DNA of 64,000 nt from Lentisphaeria bacterium UBA1732 (GCA_002315855.1 DCIG01000050.1:24350-88349); one strand, 5' to 3'. Numbered from the stretch's first letter, positions 51,959-61,605 are shown. The notes: generated from the sequence alone by a model not told the origin. Program-made: numbers and translations.

Positions 51959-54175
51959 TTACTGATCATCCTGTTTTTTTTCAGCATCCGCGATTCGCTT
52001 GAAATCCGGCAGCCGCTTCAGTCTGGTGCGCAGTTCATGCACTGCATTGTCCGTGCAGTCGTCTTTGGAGAACCGGATGGACTGATAGAACTGTACAGTC
52101 TGCATAAGCTCATCATTCCCGATGCTTTCCGCCCATTCCTGCAAAGGCTGGGAATCTTTACGGAAAACTCCCGTTTGAATGGAAATCTTTCTCTGTTTCG
52201 CCAGCATCAGAGTCATGGCCCGGTGCTGATTCATGCCAACGGAATACCGCCGTATCGCGCGTCTTCGGAGAAATAGGATGATGCCCGCAATTCCCCCTGA
52301 AATTGCCAGCAGGATCAGGATCATTGCCGCCGGATGATTTCTGCTGAAATCTGCTGCGCTCGAATATACGATGATCCACGCACGGTAAATCACGCGTGCC
52401 GGATATCCGCGCCGAATCCAGTAGGACAGAGCGGAAAGTTTCAGCCTGCATTTTGCCAGGAAAACGTCTGTTTTGCTGTATTGCATCCGGGGGGCCTGTT
52501 CGCCGATTGAACTGCCCGGCGTGGTTTCCACCATGACCCAGCGCTGTTCGTCTTCCAGCCATGCTTCGGTCCAGGCGTGCAGGTCCCGGTCTGTGGCGAA
52601 ATAAAAGCCTGCTGGGTGGTAACTCGTGCAGACAATTCCCGTAACATACCGCGTCGGTACGCCGAGGGCGCGCAGGAGCAGGGCGGATGCCGTTGCGAAA
52701 AGCTCGCAGTGCCCTTGTTTGGTGTAGAATAGGAAGCTCGATACGGCATTCGGATATTCTGCGGTTCTCAGCGTGGTAATATCCCTGTCCAGCGTATAGC
52801 TGTAATTGTTCAGCAGATGGTTCGCGACCGCCTGAATCCTTTGACGCGGGGGCAATGATTCAGGATTGCGGTTGCCGATCAGCGAAAGCCCCAGTTTCGT
52901 AAATGGCTGAATCATATTGGACGGTATCGTCAGATAGCTTCGGAATAAATCGGTTCCCCGCACCATTCTGCTCCCGTCCGGGTATTGGGCGGCGGAAACT
53001 TCCTGCGGCGGTGCCAGTGTGCAGATACAGCCCGTTGTGGAGTTCCAGTTTTCGGGAATCAGGCTTCCTTCCTGCGAAAGCGACAGACTTTTTGCGTCTG
53101 CCAGCACGGAGGACGCATTGACCGGAACAGGCATGATTTCACCGGAAAATCTCACCGGGAAACGTATTTCCGCACGTGCCGTATCTTTTTCCCACGAGGG
53201 AAGCAGCTGGAATGCCAGCACGGACAGGTCTTTTTCTATGTCCAGTTCCATTGCCTCATCATCGGCATCTTCGTTCGCAATCCACACTCCCCCCTCATAC
53301 TCCGAGAAATAGCGGTATGCCTTTGCCCGCAGATAACCCGGCGCACTGTCTGCGATTGCTTCCACAAGCAGTTGCGGCGGCTCGTTATATTCGGGCGGGT
53401 ACATGATTTTTGCGCGCGAGGGGAACGATGTTTCTCTGGAACTGTCCCGGTTCTGAATGAATGTCCGCACGTAGCTCCGCCACCTTATGAAAAGGTGTTC
53501 GCTTGAGAAGAATGCCGTGGAACTTGCACAATAGAGAAGCGGAATCAGCAGAAATGCCGTCAGCCGTACCCATTTCAGCGAACGCAGCGGCTTGCCGGTG
53601 TCGTATCTCGATTGTGCCGTCAGCAGCAGAAATGTCCCGAATCCCTGGAAAATGACGCAGACGAGGTACACTTTCCGGTAATTCCGCAGAAGCCCCGTCG
53701 TCCCTGTGAATACCGTATTCTCCATGGAGGCGGTGTTGTACACATCACAGCAGATCAGGGCCGCAAACATGGCAATCAGAAGCACGATTGGCGCGACTGC
53801 CCGCTTCCTCCTGAACCAGCACATCAGAGCCGCCAGATAAATCATCAGCGGCAGAAAAATATACGAATTCATCAGATAATCCACAAACGACAGACGCGAT
53901 GGCTGTATCTTCACGATGAATCCCGGCAGAAACGCCATGATGCAGATCAGCAGTGTCGAATAGATGACCGGACGTTCCCGCATTTCCAGCGAATGCGTCA
54001 GAAAGGACGATCCCACGATCAGCACCAGCGCAAATATCAGAATGTGCGGCAAATCAAATTTCAGGGCCAGCAGAAATGCCGGCGGTGCCAGCAGACACAG
54101 CCGCGTGATCAGTCCCAGATGCCGGACCGGAGGAGGCGTGAAATCTGCACTCGGTCTGATTTTCTTTTCCCTCAT
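51959..54175 (-). CDS. Transglutaminase-like membrane protein (TgpA-type)
   Basis: 738 aa. N-terminal multi-TM region and a transglutaminase core QGHCELFATASALLLRALGVPTRYVTG ... DLHAWTEAW. Confidence 0.85.
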   Translation of the reverse strand: MREKKIRPSADFTPPPVRHLGLITRLCLLAPPAFLLALKFDLPHILIFALVLIVGSSFLTHSLEMRERPVIYSTLLICIMAFLPGFIVKIQPSRLSFVDYLMNSYIFLPLMIYLAALMCWFRRKRAVAPIVLLIAMFAALICCDVYNTASMENTVFTGTTGLLRNYRKVYLVCVIFQGFGTFLLLTAQSRYDTGKPLRSLKWVRLTAFLLIPLLYCASSTAFFSSEHLFIRWRSYVRTFIQNRDSSRETSFPSRAKIMYPPEYNEPPQLLVEAIADSAPGYLRAKAYRYFSEYEGGVWIANEDADDEAMELDIEKDLSVLAFQLLPSWEKDTARAEIRFPVRFSGEIMPVPVNASSVLADAKSLSLSQEGSLIPENWNSTTGCICTLAPPQEVSAAQYPDGSRMVRGTDLFRSYLTIPSNMIQPFTKLGLSLIGNRNPESLPPRQRIQAVANHLLNNYSYTLDRDITTLRTAEYPNAVSSFLFYTKQGHCELFATASALLLRALGVPTRYVTGIVCTSYHPAGFYFATDRDLHAWTEAWLEDEQRWVMVETTPGSSIGEQAPRMQYSKTDVFLAKCRLKLSALSYWIRRGYPARVIYRAWIIVYSSAADFSRNHPAAMILILLAISGGIAGIILFLRRRAIRRYSVGMNQHRAMTLMLAKQRKISIQTGVFRKDSQPLQEWAESIGNDELMQTVQFYQSIRFSKDDCTDNAVHELRTRLKRLPDFKRIADAEKKQDDQ

Positions 54176-55557
54176 AGAACCACCCCGTTCCCTTTCAGCA
54201 GTGGTTCCGCCGGCACATGGATTACGTTCTCCGGCAAATCCGTCCGTCTTGGTTTTTCGGACACCAGAATCGGCACGACCTGCACATCGGGCTTTTCCAG
54301 TTCCGCAATCAGCGCCGCCACGGCGGTGTCATACCGTTTCACCACCAGAAACACCATCCCTGCGTCTTCCACGTCGCCCGCAATCGCAGGAAGCGCATTC
54401 TTGCTGAATGGATCGAGGATTGCAGGTTCCGCCAGTGCCAGCGTATCGAGCACGTCCTGTTCGGAAAGCGTGTTTTCTCCCTCATTGCATTGGATGGCCC
54501 GGCTTCCCGACACAAAGGCTCTTATGCGCACTCCGCGCCGGGTCAGCTGTTCTGCGATGGAGGCCGCCATTGACACTGCCGCCTCGAAAACAGGTTCCGG
54601 CTGATAACGCAATGTTACATTGTCCATGAGCGAGATTTTGAATTTCAGCAGCGAGGTTACAGGCTGATAAATGTCCAGAATGATTGCCGCCGCAGAGGTC
54701 TCCTCTTCCTGAAAATCCTTGACGATGGGCTGTCTCAGACGGGCTGTCGCACGCCAGTGGATTTTCCTCAGCGGATCGCCCGGCCGGTATTGTCTGCATC
54801 CGAAAAAATCCATGCTTTCCCCCGATTTCGGCGAAGACAGCGAATCCGAACGCTGCGGACAGGAAAGCCCCGGCAGTGAAAACAGCCCCGTGATTTGCGA
54901 GACCGATGGATGCACGATGAGATTCTGCTTTTCCGAAAACAGCACAGAGTGCTTGATGAGGTTGAATGGGAAAATGGACTCCGCGATTCCCTGCGGAATT
55001 GACACAATGCCGCGCCGGAATGCAATCAGTTTCAATTCTGCGTGGCCCGTCTGTTTTCCCCCGAATGAGTTCATCGCGGAGAGCTCGGCGTACCGCAAAT
55101 CCGGCAGTGTGATATTCGGGTCGAACCGGACATCGTAGGCGGGCAGCTTCCGCAGATTGGTAACGTCATATACGATTTTGAATGGAATTCCGCAGCGCAC
55201 GCGGGATGGCAGTTTGCGCGTGATGTTCAGCTTCGGTTTGAAGACCCATCCCGCGGCGAAATCCGCCGCAAGCAGTGCCGTCAGAATCAGAAACAGCGTG
55301 ATTGCAGGACTTCGCATCGACAGAGATGAAAAGAAAAATGCGAACACGTAAATAATCAGAAACAGACGCGCGTGCCAGCTGAATATCCTGTCATACCACG
55401 CCATCCCCCAGAAAAACAGTTTCAGGCTGGGCGACCGGTAATGCCGGAAAATAAATCCCAGTCCATGGGATTCACGAATCCAGCCCGGCCCTTCCAGAAA
55501 TTTCTCCCACTTTCTGCGGATGAAGTGTCGCATGTGCATTATTCTCTTGTCCGGCAC
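54172..55557 (-). CDS. DUF58-domain protein
   Basis: 461 aa. FGCRQYRPGDPLRKIHWRATAR matches the conserved DUF58 motif. Sits between moxR and the transglutaminase gene and overlaps the latter's start by 4 nt. Confidence 0.85.
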   Translation of the reverse strand: MPDKRIMHMRHFIRRKWEKFLEGPGWIRESHGLGFIFRHYRSPSLKLFFWGMAWYDRIFSWHARLFLIIYVFAFFFSSLSMRSPAITLFLILTALLAADFAAGWVFKPKLNITRKLPSRVRCGIPFKIVYDVTNLRKLPAYDVRFDPNITLPDLRYAELSAMNSFGGKQTGHAELKLIAFRRGIVSIPQGIAESIFPFNLIKHSVLFSEKQNLIVHPSVSQITGLFSLPGLSCPQRSDSLSSPKSGESMDFFGCRQYRPGDPLRKIHWRATARLRQPIVKDFQEEETSAAAIILDIYQPVTSLLKFKISLMDNVTLRYQPEPVFEAAVSMAASIAEQLTRRGVRIRAFVSGSRAIQCNEGENTLSEQDVLDTLALAEPAILDPFSKNALPAIAGDVEDAGMVFLVVKRYDTAVAALIAELEKPDVQVVPILVSEKPRRTDLPENVIHVPAEPLLKGNGVVL

Positions 55558-55569
55558 AAATCATCCCGT

Positions 55570-56514
55570 TCAAACCGGGACGCGGATTTTTTTCCGGATG
55601 GCGTCCAGCAAAGTCGCGGCTGTCTGTCCCGCATGTTTGCTTTCCGAACTCACTTGCAGACGGTGTGCCAGCACAAACGGCATTAAAAACACCACGTCAT
55701 CCGGGATTACGTAGTCGCGTTTCTGCAAAAATGCCCGTGCCTGTGCGCAGTGTGCCAGGTCCAGCAGGGCGCGCGGGGATGCTCCCAGCACGAACCCCGA
55801 TTCTGCTTCGCGTGTCGCGCTTACGATGGCGCGCATGTATTCCTGCACCGAGCGTTCCACGCTGACGGTCCGCACTTCTTTCTGCAAATCCTGCAATTCC
55901 GCGCACGAGATGACCGGCTTGAGTTTTTCCAGCGGGTCGGAATCCCACCGCTCGTTCAGCATGGCAAGTTCCTGCTCTTCATTGGGATAGCCGATGGAAA
56001 ACCGCACCATGAACCGGTCCAGCTGTGCTTCCGGCAGCGGAAATGTCCCGAAATATTCAATCGGGTTTTCTGTGGCAATCACCAGAAATGGATGCGGCAG
56101 ATCGTAGTGGCCGCCCTCAATCGAAATCTGCGATTCATTCATCGCCTCCAGCAGTGCCGACTGCGTCCGCGGCGATGCCCGGTTGATTTCGTCTGCAAGC
56201 AGAATATTGGCGAAAATCGGTCCCTTGTAGAAGATGAACTCCCCTGTTTTCTGACTGAATACCGATGACCCCAGAATATCCGACGGCATCATGTCGGATG
56301 TGAACTGAATCCGTTTGAAATCGGCTTCCAGGGAGCGTGCCAGTGCTTTGGCCAGGGTCGTTTTCCCCACCCCAGGTACATCGTCCAGCAGTACATGTCC
56401 TGACGCAAGTACCGCGTTCAGAAGCAGTTCTACCACCTGTTTCCCCGCATGGATGACGGAATGCAGATTGGCTCGGATTAACTCTGTTTTTGCAAATGAT
56501 TCAGTTTGATTCAT
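55570..56514 (-). CDS. moxR: MoxR-family AAA+ ATPase
   Basis: 314 aa. Walker A DDVPGVGKTTLAKALA, Walker B ILLADEINRASP, and a size typical of MoxR. Confidence 0.9.
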   Translation of the reverse strand: MNQTESFAKTELIRANLHSVIHAGKQVVELLLNAVLASGHVLLDDVPGVGKTTLAKALARSLEADFKRIQFTSDMMPSDILGSSVFSQKTGEFIFYKGPIFANILLADEINRASPRTQSALLEAMNESQISIEGGHYDLPHPFLVIATENPIEYFGTFPLPEAQLDRFMVRFSIGYPNEEQELAMLNERWDSDPLEKLKPVISCAELQDLQKEVRTVSVERSVQEYMRAIVSATREAESGFVLGASPRALLDLAHCAQARAFLQKRDYVIPDDVVFLMPFVLAHRLQVSSESKHAGQTAATLLDAIRKKIRVPV

Positions 56515-56735
56515 GGATCTTTCCGGGGTTGCTCGTTTGGATTCCTGGTGACCGGATGCTTGGATTTCCCTGCCGGAAACGCTCCTGAAGGAAACGTCGC
56601 TTCTTGCTGGTCTCTCGCGTCCTGAAGGGGTTCTCTGTGAATGGAGATACCCTAAACAATAACTTCTTTTTTCTGAAATTGCAACTTATTCTGTGAAAAA
56701 TAGAGAAAAAAAGAACTCTTCCTGCAAAAAAACGG

Positions 56736-56764
56736 TTGATTTTTTCGCAGAAACGGTCTATCTT
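56736..56764 (+). promoter_or_regulatory. Candidate promoter for the lipoprotein gene cluster
   Basis: -35 TTGATT 56736-56741, 17 nt, -10 TATCTT 56759-56764. Confidence 0.45.
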
Positions 56765-56833
56765 ATTTATATACGTTTCAACTTTTGATATCGTTTCCCA
56801 TTGGGGGCTTTTTGTCCCTTGATAAAACTGCGG

Positions 56834-56872
56834 AGCTGATTTCAAAAGGCATTGAAACTTCGGATTTTAGCT
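56834..56872. repeat. Palindromic intergenic repeat, copy 11 (degenerate right arm), in the leader of the lipoprotein cluster
   Basis: agctgatttcaaaa-ggcattgaaacttcgg-attttagct. Confidence 0.6.
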
Positions 56873-56928
56873 CATTGGTATCTCTTCCGGATGCCGCTAA
56901 TTGCCTTTCTCGGCGGGAGACTCGTTAC

Positions 56929-57480
56929 ATGAAAACAAATAAATTTTGCACCATCTGCTTCCGGACTGCGGTCGTTTGTCTGGCTGTGATGTGCTGTGGA
57001 TATCGCAGTTGTGATTCTACGGACCGGGAAGTCATTTACGACCCCGCAAAATGGGAAGAATCTCAGAAACCTACAAAAAGTGTCGTCTCGATTCACGAAA
57101 TCGTGCGCATCCCCCGCGGCGAAGGCGCCGAACTCAATATCCTGAGCTACTTCGAGGATGACGTCTGCATCAACAGCATTCAGTACCTCGATTCTTCGGA
57201 AATCATGTCCATTGAAGCGATTCCCATCCCAAATAACACATCGTACAATCTCCGCCTGACTTTGACCGAACGCGGGCAGAAACGGTGGCTGATGGCGAGT
57301 ATTGCCAACAAAGGCAAACAGCTCGCTTTTGTCATCGATGGCATGATGTACCGCCGGTTTATCCCCAGAGTGACGGATGACAATAACAACGTGATTATCA
57401 TTGACGGTCCGTTTGACCGTGCCACCGCCATGGAAGTTCAGAACAATTCCAAAATGAATTACTATAAAATGAGGAAGTGA
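56929..57480 (+). CDS. Hypothetical lipoprotein, paralog 1
   Basis: 183 aa from ATG 56929. Signal peptide with Cys-rich end (LAVMCCG). About 45% identical by eye to the next gene. The LAFVIDGMMYRRFIPR...IIIDGPFD segment faintly resembles the SecD periplasmic head motif. Confidence 0.55.
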   Translation: MKTNKFCTICFRTAVVCLAVMCCGYRSCDSTDREVIYDPAKWEESQKPTKSVVSIHEIVRIPRGEGAELNILSYFEDDVCINSIQYLDSSEIMSIEAIPIPNNTSYNLRLTLTERGQKRWLMASIANKGKQLAFVIDGMMYRRFIPRVTDDNNNVIIIDGPFDRATAMEVQNNSKMNYYKMRK

Positions 57481-57484
57481 TCTC

Positions 57485-58048
57485 ATGAAAAAAATGTTGA
57501 AAATCCTGTCCAAATTCCTTTTCGCCGCTTCCATTGTGTTCGTTTCTTCCTGCGAAGAAATTACCATGGAAAATATTGACGAACAGACTCTCCTCGACCC
57601 GGAACAGTGGTCTCTTGAAATGGAAAACCTTCCTCTTGAAAACCTTGTTTCCATTCACGAAATCATCAAATATCGTCGCGGTGAAGATAACGAACTGATG
57701 ATGCCAAGTTCTTTTGAAGGTGATGTTTGCGTCAATAATAAGCAGCTCCTTGACTCCACCGAAATCAAGTCCGTCAAAAAACTCCCCGTCCCCGATGAAG
57801 ATACATTCAATCTTCAGCTGGATTTGACGGACCGTGGTCGTAAACGCTGGATCGGGTTGAGCATCGCTCACAAGGGCGAACAGCTCGCTTTTGCCATCGA
57901 TGGCACCGTCTATCGCCGTTTTGTCCCTCGTCAGATTTACGATGATACCACCACTTCCATTATTATCGACGGTCCGTTTGATAAGATTACGGCGGAAAAA
58001 CTCGAAAAATTCTCTCGTCCTAACTTCCGCCGTGTCGGTCGGAAATAA
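57485..58048 (+). CDS. Hypothetical lipoprotein, paralog 2
   Basis: 187 aa with lipobox FVSSC. Shares VSIHEI, DVC.N, LDS.EI, RG.KRW, QLAF.IDG..YRRF.PR and IIIDGPFD blocks with paralog 1. Confidence 0.6.
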   Translation: MKKMLKILSKFLFAASIVFVSSCEEITMENIDEQTLLDPEQWSLEMENLPLENLVSIHEIIKYRRGEDNELMMPSSFEGDVCVNNKQLLDSTEIKSVKKLPVPDEDTFNLQLDLTDRGRKRWIGLSIAHKGEQLAFAIDGTVYRRFVPRQIYDDTTTSIIIDGPFDKITAEKLEKFSRPNFRRVGRK

Positions 58049-58081
58049 ACCTTCTGTTGTCATTGAAAGGAGACCTGAATC

Positions 58082-59197
58082 ATGTTGACCCGTTTTAAAA
58101 CCTTTGCTTTGATTGCCTGTCTGGCTGCCGGTTCTGTCCTGTTTGGCGCAAATGCCTCTGCCGCCTCGTCTGCCGCAGCTCAGACCGCCGCCTCAAAACC
58201 TGCTGAGAAAACCCTTTATGCCTGGGATTTCGTCCCCGCGGATGCCGTTGTGATTACCACATTCCAGTTCGACAAATTCCTCGCCGATGCGGCGATGGAC
58301 GCGGTGAATGCTGTGAAGCCGAAAAATGATGTCGAAAAAGCCGTTTACAGCATCATGGAAGAGATGAAAGTTAATTCGGAAATGCTTCAGAATATTCAGG
58401 CTGTTTCCTGGCAGACCGCGAAATCCGCCGCGGTTCTTTCCTCCGGGAAATTCTCTGAAACGGAACTCGTCCTTAGAATGCCGGACATCATCCGTTTCTA
58501 CGACCCGATTCTGAAAAATGCCAAACAGTTGGAGCTTACACCTGTGCAGGGCAAAAAAGGTTTCACCGCTTCTGTGTCTGTGCACAATGGCGATTCCGAT
58601 ACGTCCGTCAAACTCCTCGTGGAATTTATGGACAATGATACCGTTCTGATTCGTTCTTCGAATACCGCTCCCGAGTGGAAAGTTCTGACGAAAGCGGATA
58701 ATCCGCTGGTCAAGCAGATGAAAGCGAAAAACAACCTGTTTACGGTCGGCGTCGACCTCAACAAAATCAAGCTCAACGAAAAGACCGCTGACAATCTCAT
58801 TGAGGGCATGGACCGTATTACCTCCGTGATTTTCCGTTTCTCCAAGCTCGTGGAGGACAGTTATACCGCCACCGCTATCCTGAAATGCAAAGACGAGGAT
58901 TCCTGCAAAGACCTCCAGCGTGCAATCAATCTTACCCTCACGCTCGCTCTTGCCGCAATTGACGACGATGATGAAATCGAAATCAATGAAGACGGCAAAA
59001 TCATCAAAAAGGAAAGCAAAAATAATCTGAAATTCCTGGAAGATATTAAGTCCGGTATCATGAAGAGCGACCTCTATTATCAGGTCGAAATTCCCAAATC
59101 CGCCATCGAGGGCAATATCGACCGGCATCTCCCGAAAAATTCCGGAAAAGATGCCTCGAAAAATGCCTCTGTTACCGTTTCTGCAACCAAAAAATAA
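58082..59197 (+). CDS. Hypothetical secreted protein
   Basis: 371 aa, signal peptide ...GANASAAS, no recognisable domain. Same operon-like spacing as the two lipoprotein genes. Confidence 0.55.
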   Translation: MLTRFKTFALIACLAAGSVLFGANASAASSAAAQTAASKPAEKTLYAWDFVPADAVVITTFQFDKFLADAAMDAVNAVKPKNDVEKAVYSIMEEMKVNSEMLQNIQAVSWQTAKSAAVLSSGKFSETELVLRMPDIIRFYDPILKNAKQLELTPVQGKKGFTASVSVHNGDSDTSVKLLVEFMDNDTVLIRSSNTAPEWKVLTKADNPLVKQMKAKNNLFTVGVDLNKIKLNEKTADNLIEGMDRITSVIFRFSKLVEDSYTATAILKCKDEDSCKDLQRAINLTLTLALAAIDDDDEIEINEDGKIIKKESKNNLKFLEDIKSGIMKSDLYYQVEIPKSAIEGNIDRHLPKNSGKDASKNASVTVSATKK

Positions 59198-59294
59198 TCC
59201 CCATCGATTCGTCCGGTGCAAATCTTTTTATGACGATGTGTCCTTTGCATTGCCTCCGATGAATCTGTCCCCGTGTTTTTGACGGAGTTTGAAT

Positions 59295-59804
59295 ATGGAT
59301 TTTTATGATGTAATCGAAAAACGCCGCAGTATTCGCTGTTACAAGCCCGATGCTGTCCCCGAAGATTCTCTCGCTCGCATTGAAAAGGCGGTTCAGCTGG
59401 CTCCTACGGCCTGCAACCGTCAGCCTTTCCGTCTCCTCATCCTGAAAAATGCGGAACTCCGGGCCAATCTTTGCGGCGCATGTATTTTCGACTGGCTGAA
59501 ACAGGCTCCCATGATTGCTGTTTTGGTCGGCGACAGTCAGTCCGCTTGGACTCGCTTTGAAGGTACCAGCATTCTTGATGTGGATGCCGGTATCGTGATG
59601 GAGCATTTTATCCTTGCCGCAACCGCCGAAAACCTTGGCACCTGCTGGGTTTGTGCGTTTGACCGGGCAAAAATCAACGAGGTGCTTGGTATCGAAGCTC
59701 CTTGGAGTGCCATCGCACTCTCCCCGCTCGGTTTCGGCGCTTCGGATGCCGTCAAACCGCGCAGCGTTAAAGCAATGAACGAAATTATAAAGGTAATCGA
59801 ATGA
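59295..59804 (+). CDS. Nitroreductase family protein
   Basis: MDFYDVIEKRRSIRCYK..., typical of the nitroreductase fold. ATG 59295 lies 8 nt after GACGGAG. The track start at 59289 is a TTG. Confidence 0.85.
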   Translation: MDFYDVIEKRRSIRCYKPDAVPEDSLARIEKAVQLAPTACNRQPFRLLILKNAELRANLCGACIFDWLKQAPMIAVLVGDSQSAWTRFEGTSILDVDAGIVMEHFILAATAENLGTCWVCAFDRAKINEVLGIEAPWSAIALSPLGFGASDAVKPRSVKAMNEIIKVIE

Positions 59805-60868
59805 GCATGTTTGTATGCAATGACGGCAAATGGTCGCTGGAAAGCTCGAATCCGTCTTTGAAACTTGAACTTGACACACCTTCTGTCGGCGGGTTCTCCA
59901 TGAATACCGTCGGCGGTCTTGCCGTCTCTTCCTTGGAAGCAATCCCCGGCGAATACCCCGAATCTTTGGGAATGCGCGGCAGTCAGCGTTCCCACCTCGC
60001 GGAAGATGGCTTCGATGCTTCGCTTGTGCTGGAACAGAAAATCCCGTTCGGCGTTCCCATTTCCATTGTCCGCTCCTATCGGGTCGATGACGACTCCATG
60101 GATGCTGTCGTCAATTTCCAGCTGCCTCATGCGTTCCCCCTGAAAAATCTGATTGCCGGCGGTTTGAAATTCTCAGGCGCAGTCTCTGCCGCCTCCATCG
60201 TGGCAATTCCTGCTCATCCAGGTGCCATTGGCAAGCCGAAGGACCTGGCGTTTGCCGATGCCGCCGAGGGCGCGGAACTTTATCGCGGCACCAGACCGCC
60301 TCTCATGCTTTCGGTCATTGGAAATGACGGTCGGTACGTCCGTTTTGAGCTTGGCTGCGATATTTGGCGCTGGTGCAATGCCGAACGCCTTGGCGGCGGC
60401 AAGGCCACATACATCATCCGCAAGGAAAACAACGCTTTGCTCTTTACTTGGACTCTCTATGCGTTCGGCGGCGGATGCACCGAGGTCCCGGAACCTCCGT
60501 TCGGACGCAACTGGAAACTCGAATGGTCGCTCCACTGGAATGACCCCGCCGTTCCTGAAAACGTCATCGAAACTGCTTCCCTTGATGACTTCGCTGACGA
60601 TTGTGCCTGTGCGAAAAGTTCCGAAAACGCCATGAAAAAGTGGATTCGCCGGCATTTCTCCGATTTGAAAGATGGCGATACGCTCGTCTTGAAGGTCGGT
60701 ACTCCCCGTTTCTGCGGAAATGCCGCTCACGTCGACCGGGCGGCCAAAAAGAATTTGGATCACTGGGAACTCCCCGCCTTGCGTGATTTTTCACGCTGGG
60801 CAAACCGCCAGCTCCGCAAGCATGGTGCATCTTTGATTCTTGCAGTTGGAAAGGAGTCTGAAAAATGA
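59801..60868 (+). CDS. Hypothetical protein (355 aa), translationally coupled on both sides
   Basis: ATGA overlaps with the nitroreductase stop and with the tsaB start. Host-like codon usage. No recognisable motifs. Confidence 0.55.
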   Translation: MSMFVCNDGKWSLESSNPSLKLELDTPSVGGFSMNTVGGLAVSSLEAIPGEYPESLGMRGSQRSHLAEDGFDASLVLEQKIPFGVPISIVRSYRVDDDSMDAVVNFQLPHAFPLKNLIAGGLKFSGAVSAASIVAIPAHPGAIGKPKDLAFADAAEGAELYRGTRPPLMLSVIGNDGRYVRFELGCDIWRWCNAERLGGGKATYIIRKENNALLFTWTLYAFGGGCTEVPEPPFGRNWKLEWSLHWNDPAVPENVIETASLDDFADDCACAKSSENAMKKWIRRHFSDLKDGDTLVLKVGTPRFCGNAAHVDRAAKKNLDHWELPALRDFSRWANRQLRKHGASLILAVGKESEK

Positions 60869-61602
60869 TTTGGAAAGCAGCCTTGGATTATTCCGGCTCT
60901 GAAATCATTGTTTCCGTCCTCAACGAACAGAACTCCCTTGTCGCCGATTCCTGCACCGATTTGCCGGGACGCGACTCTTCGTCCCTGCCTCTGATTGTGG
61001 AAGACACCCTCGCACAAGCTCATTTGAAACTCGAAGACATCTCCGAATGGACCCTTGGCATGGGACCCGGTTCTTTTACTGCCCTGCGTGTCGCCGCCGC
61101 GTATGTGCTGGGCATCGTCTATGGTCGCCTGAATCACAAAACGCTGGAAGCTCTCATCGGCGAAAAGGCGGAAGAAGCCGCTGTCCCGGCGGATGATGTC
61201 AATCTCGTTTCGGTTCGCGGCGTTCCCTCTGCATGTGGTTTGCCCCGGCATGGCGAACGCGTCCTGACTCTTTACGATGGCCGCAAAAAAGAACTCCTTG
61301 CCTATGGGCTGAAGCTGGAAAACGGCTCGTATATCCCCGATGGACGGCAGTGCGTTTTGGAAAATCATGACGCGCTCGAAGCGGTGAAGTCCGAATATGA
61401 TGCCTTTGTCGCTCGTGCCTGTGATATGCCGGCTGTTCGCGCGTTCGCTCCCGAACTGACCGTTCAGGAAGTCGCACACGTGGATGGTGCCGCGCTTGCA
61501 CGTCTTCCGAAAGGTGTCTGCGATTTGCCTCCCACCGAGCCGATTTACCTGCGTCCTGCCGTTTTTGTCGATCCGAAACCCATTCGCAAATTTGAAGTCT
61601 GA
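60865..61602 (+). CDS. tsaB: tRNA threonylcarbamoyladenosine biosynthesis protein TsaB-like
   Basis: 245 aa with GMGPGSFTALRVAAAYVLGI, matching the TsaB G.GPGSFTGLRIG motif. The middle region is divergent. Confidence 0.72.
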   Translation: MIWKAALDYSGSEIIVSVLNEQNSLVADSCTDLPGRDSSSLPLIVEDTLAQAHLKLEDISEWTLGMGPGSFTALRVAAAYVLGIVYGRLNHKTLEALIGEKAEEAAVPADDVNLVSVRGVPSACGLPRHGERVLTLYDGRKKELLAYGLKLENGSYIPDGRQCVLENHDALEAVKSEYDAFVARACDMPAVRAFAPELTVQEVAHVDGAALARLPKGVCDLPPTEPIYLRPAVFVDPKPIRKFEV

Positions 61603-61605
61603 TTT

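Noticed and set aside
51959-56514. MoxR-DUF58-transglutaminase operon as a novel defence or stress system
   Set aside because: This three-gene module is a widespread, already catalogued (if poorly understood) arrangement. Nothing in the sequences here departs from the usual pattern.
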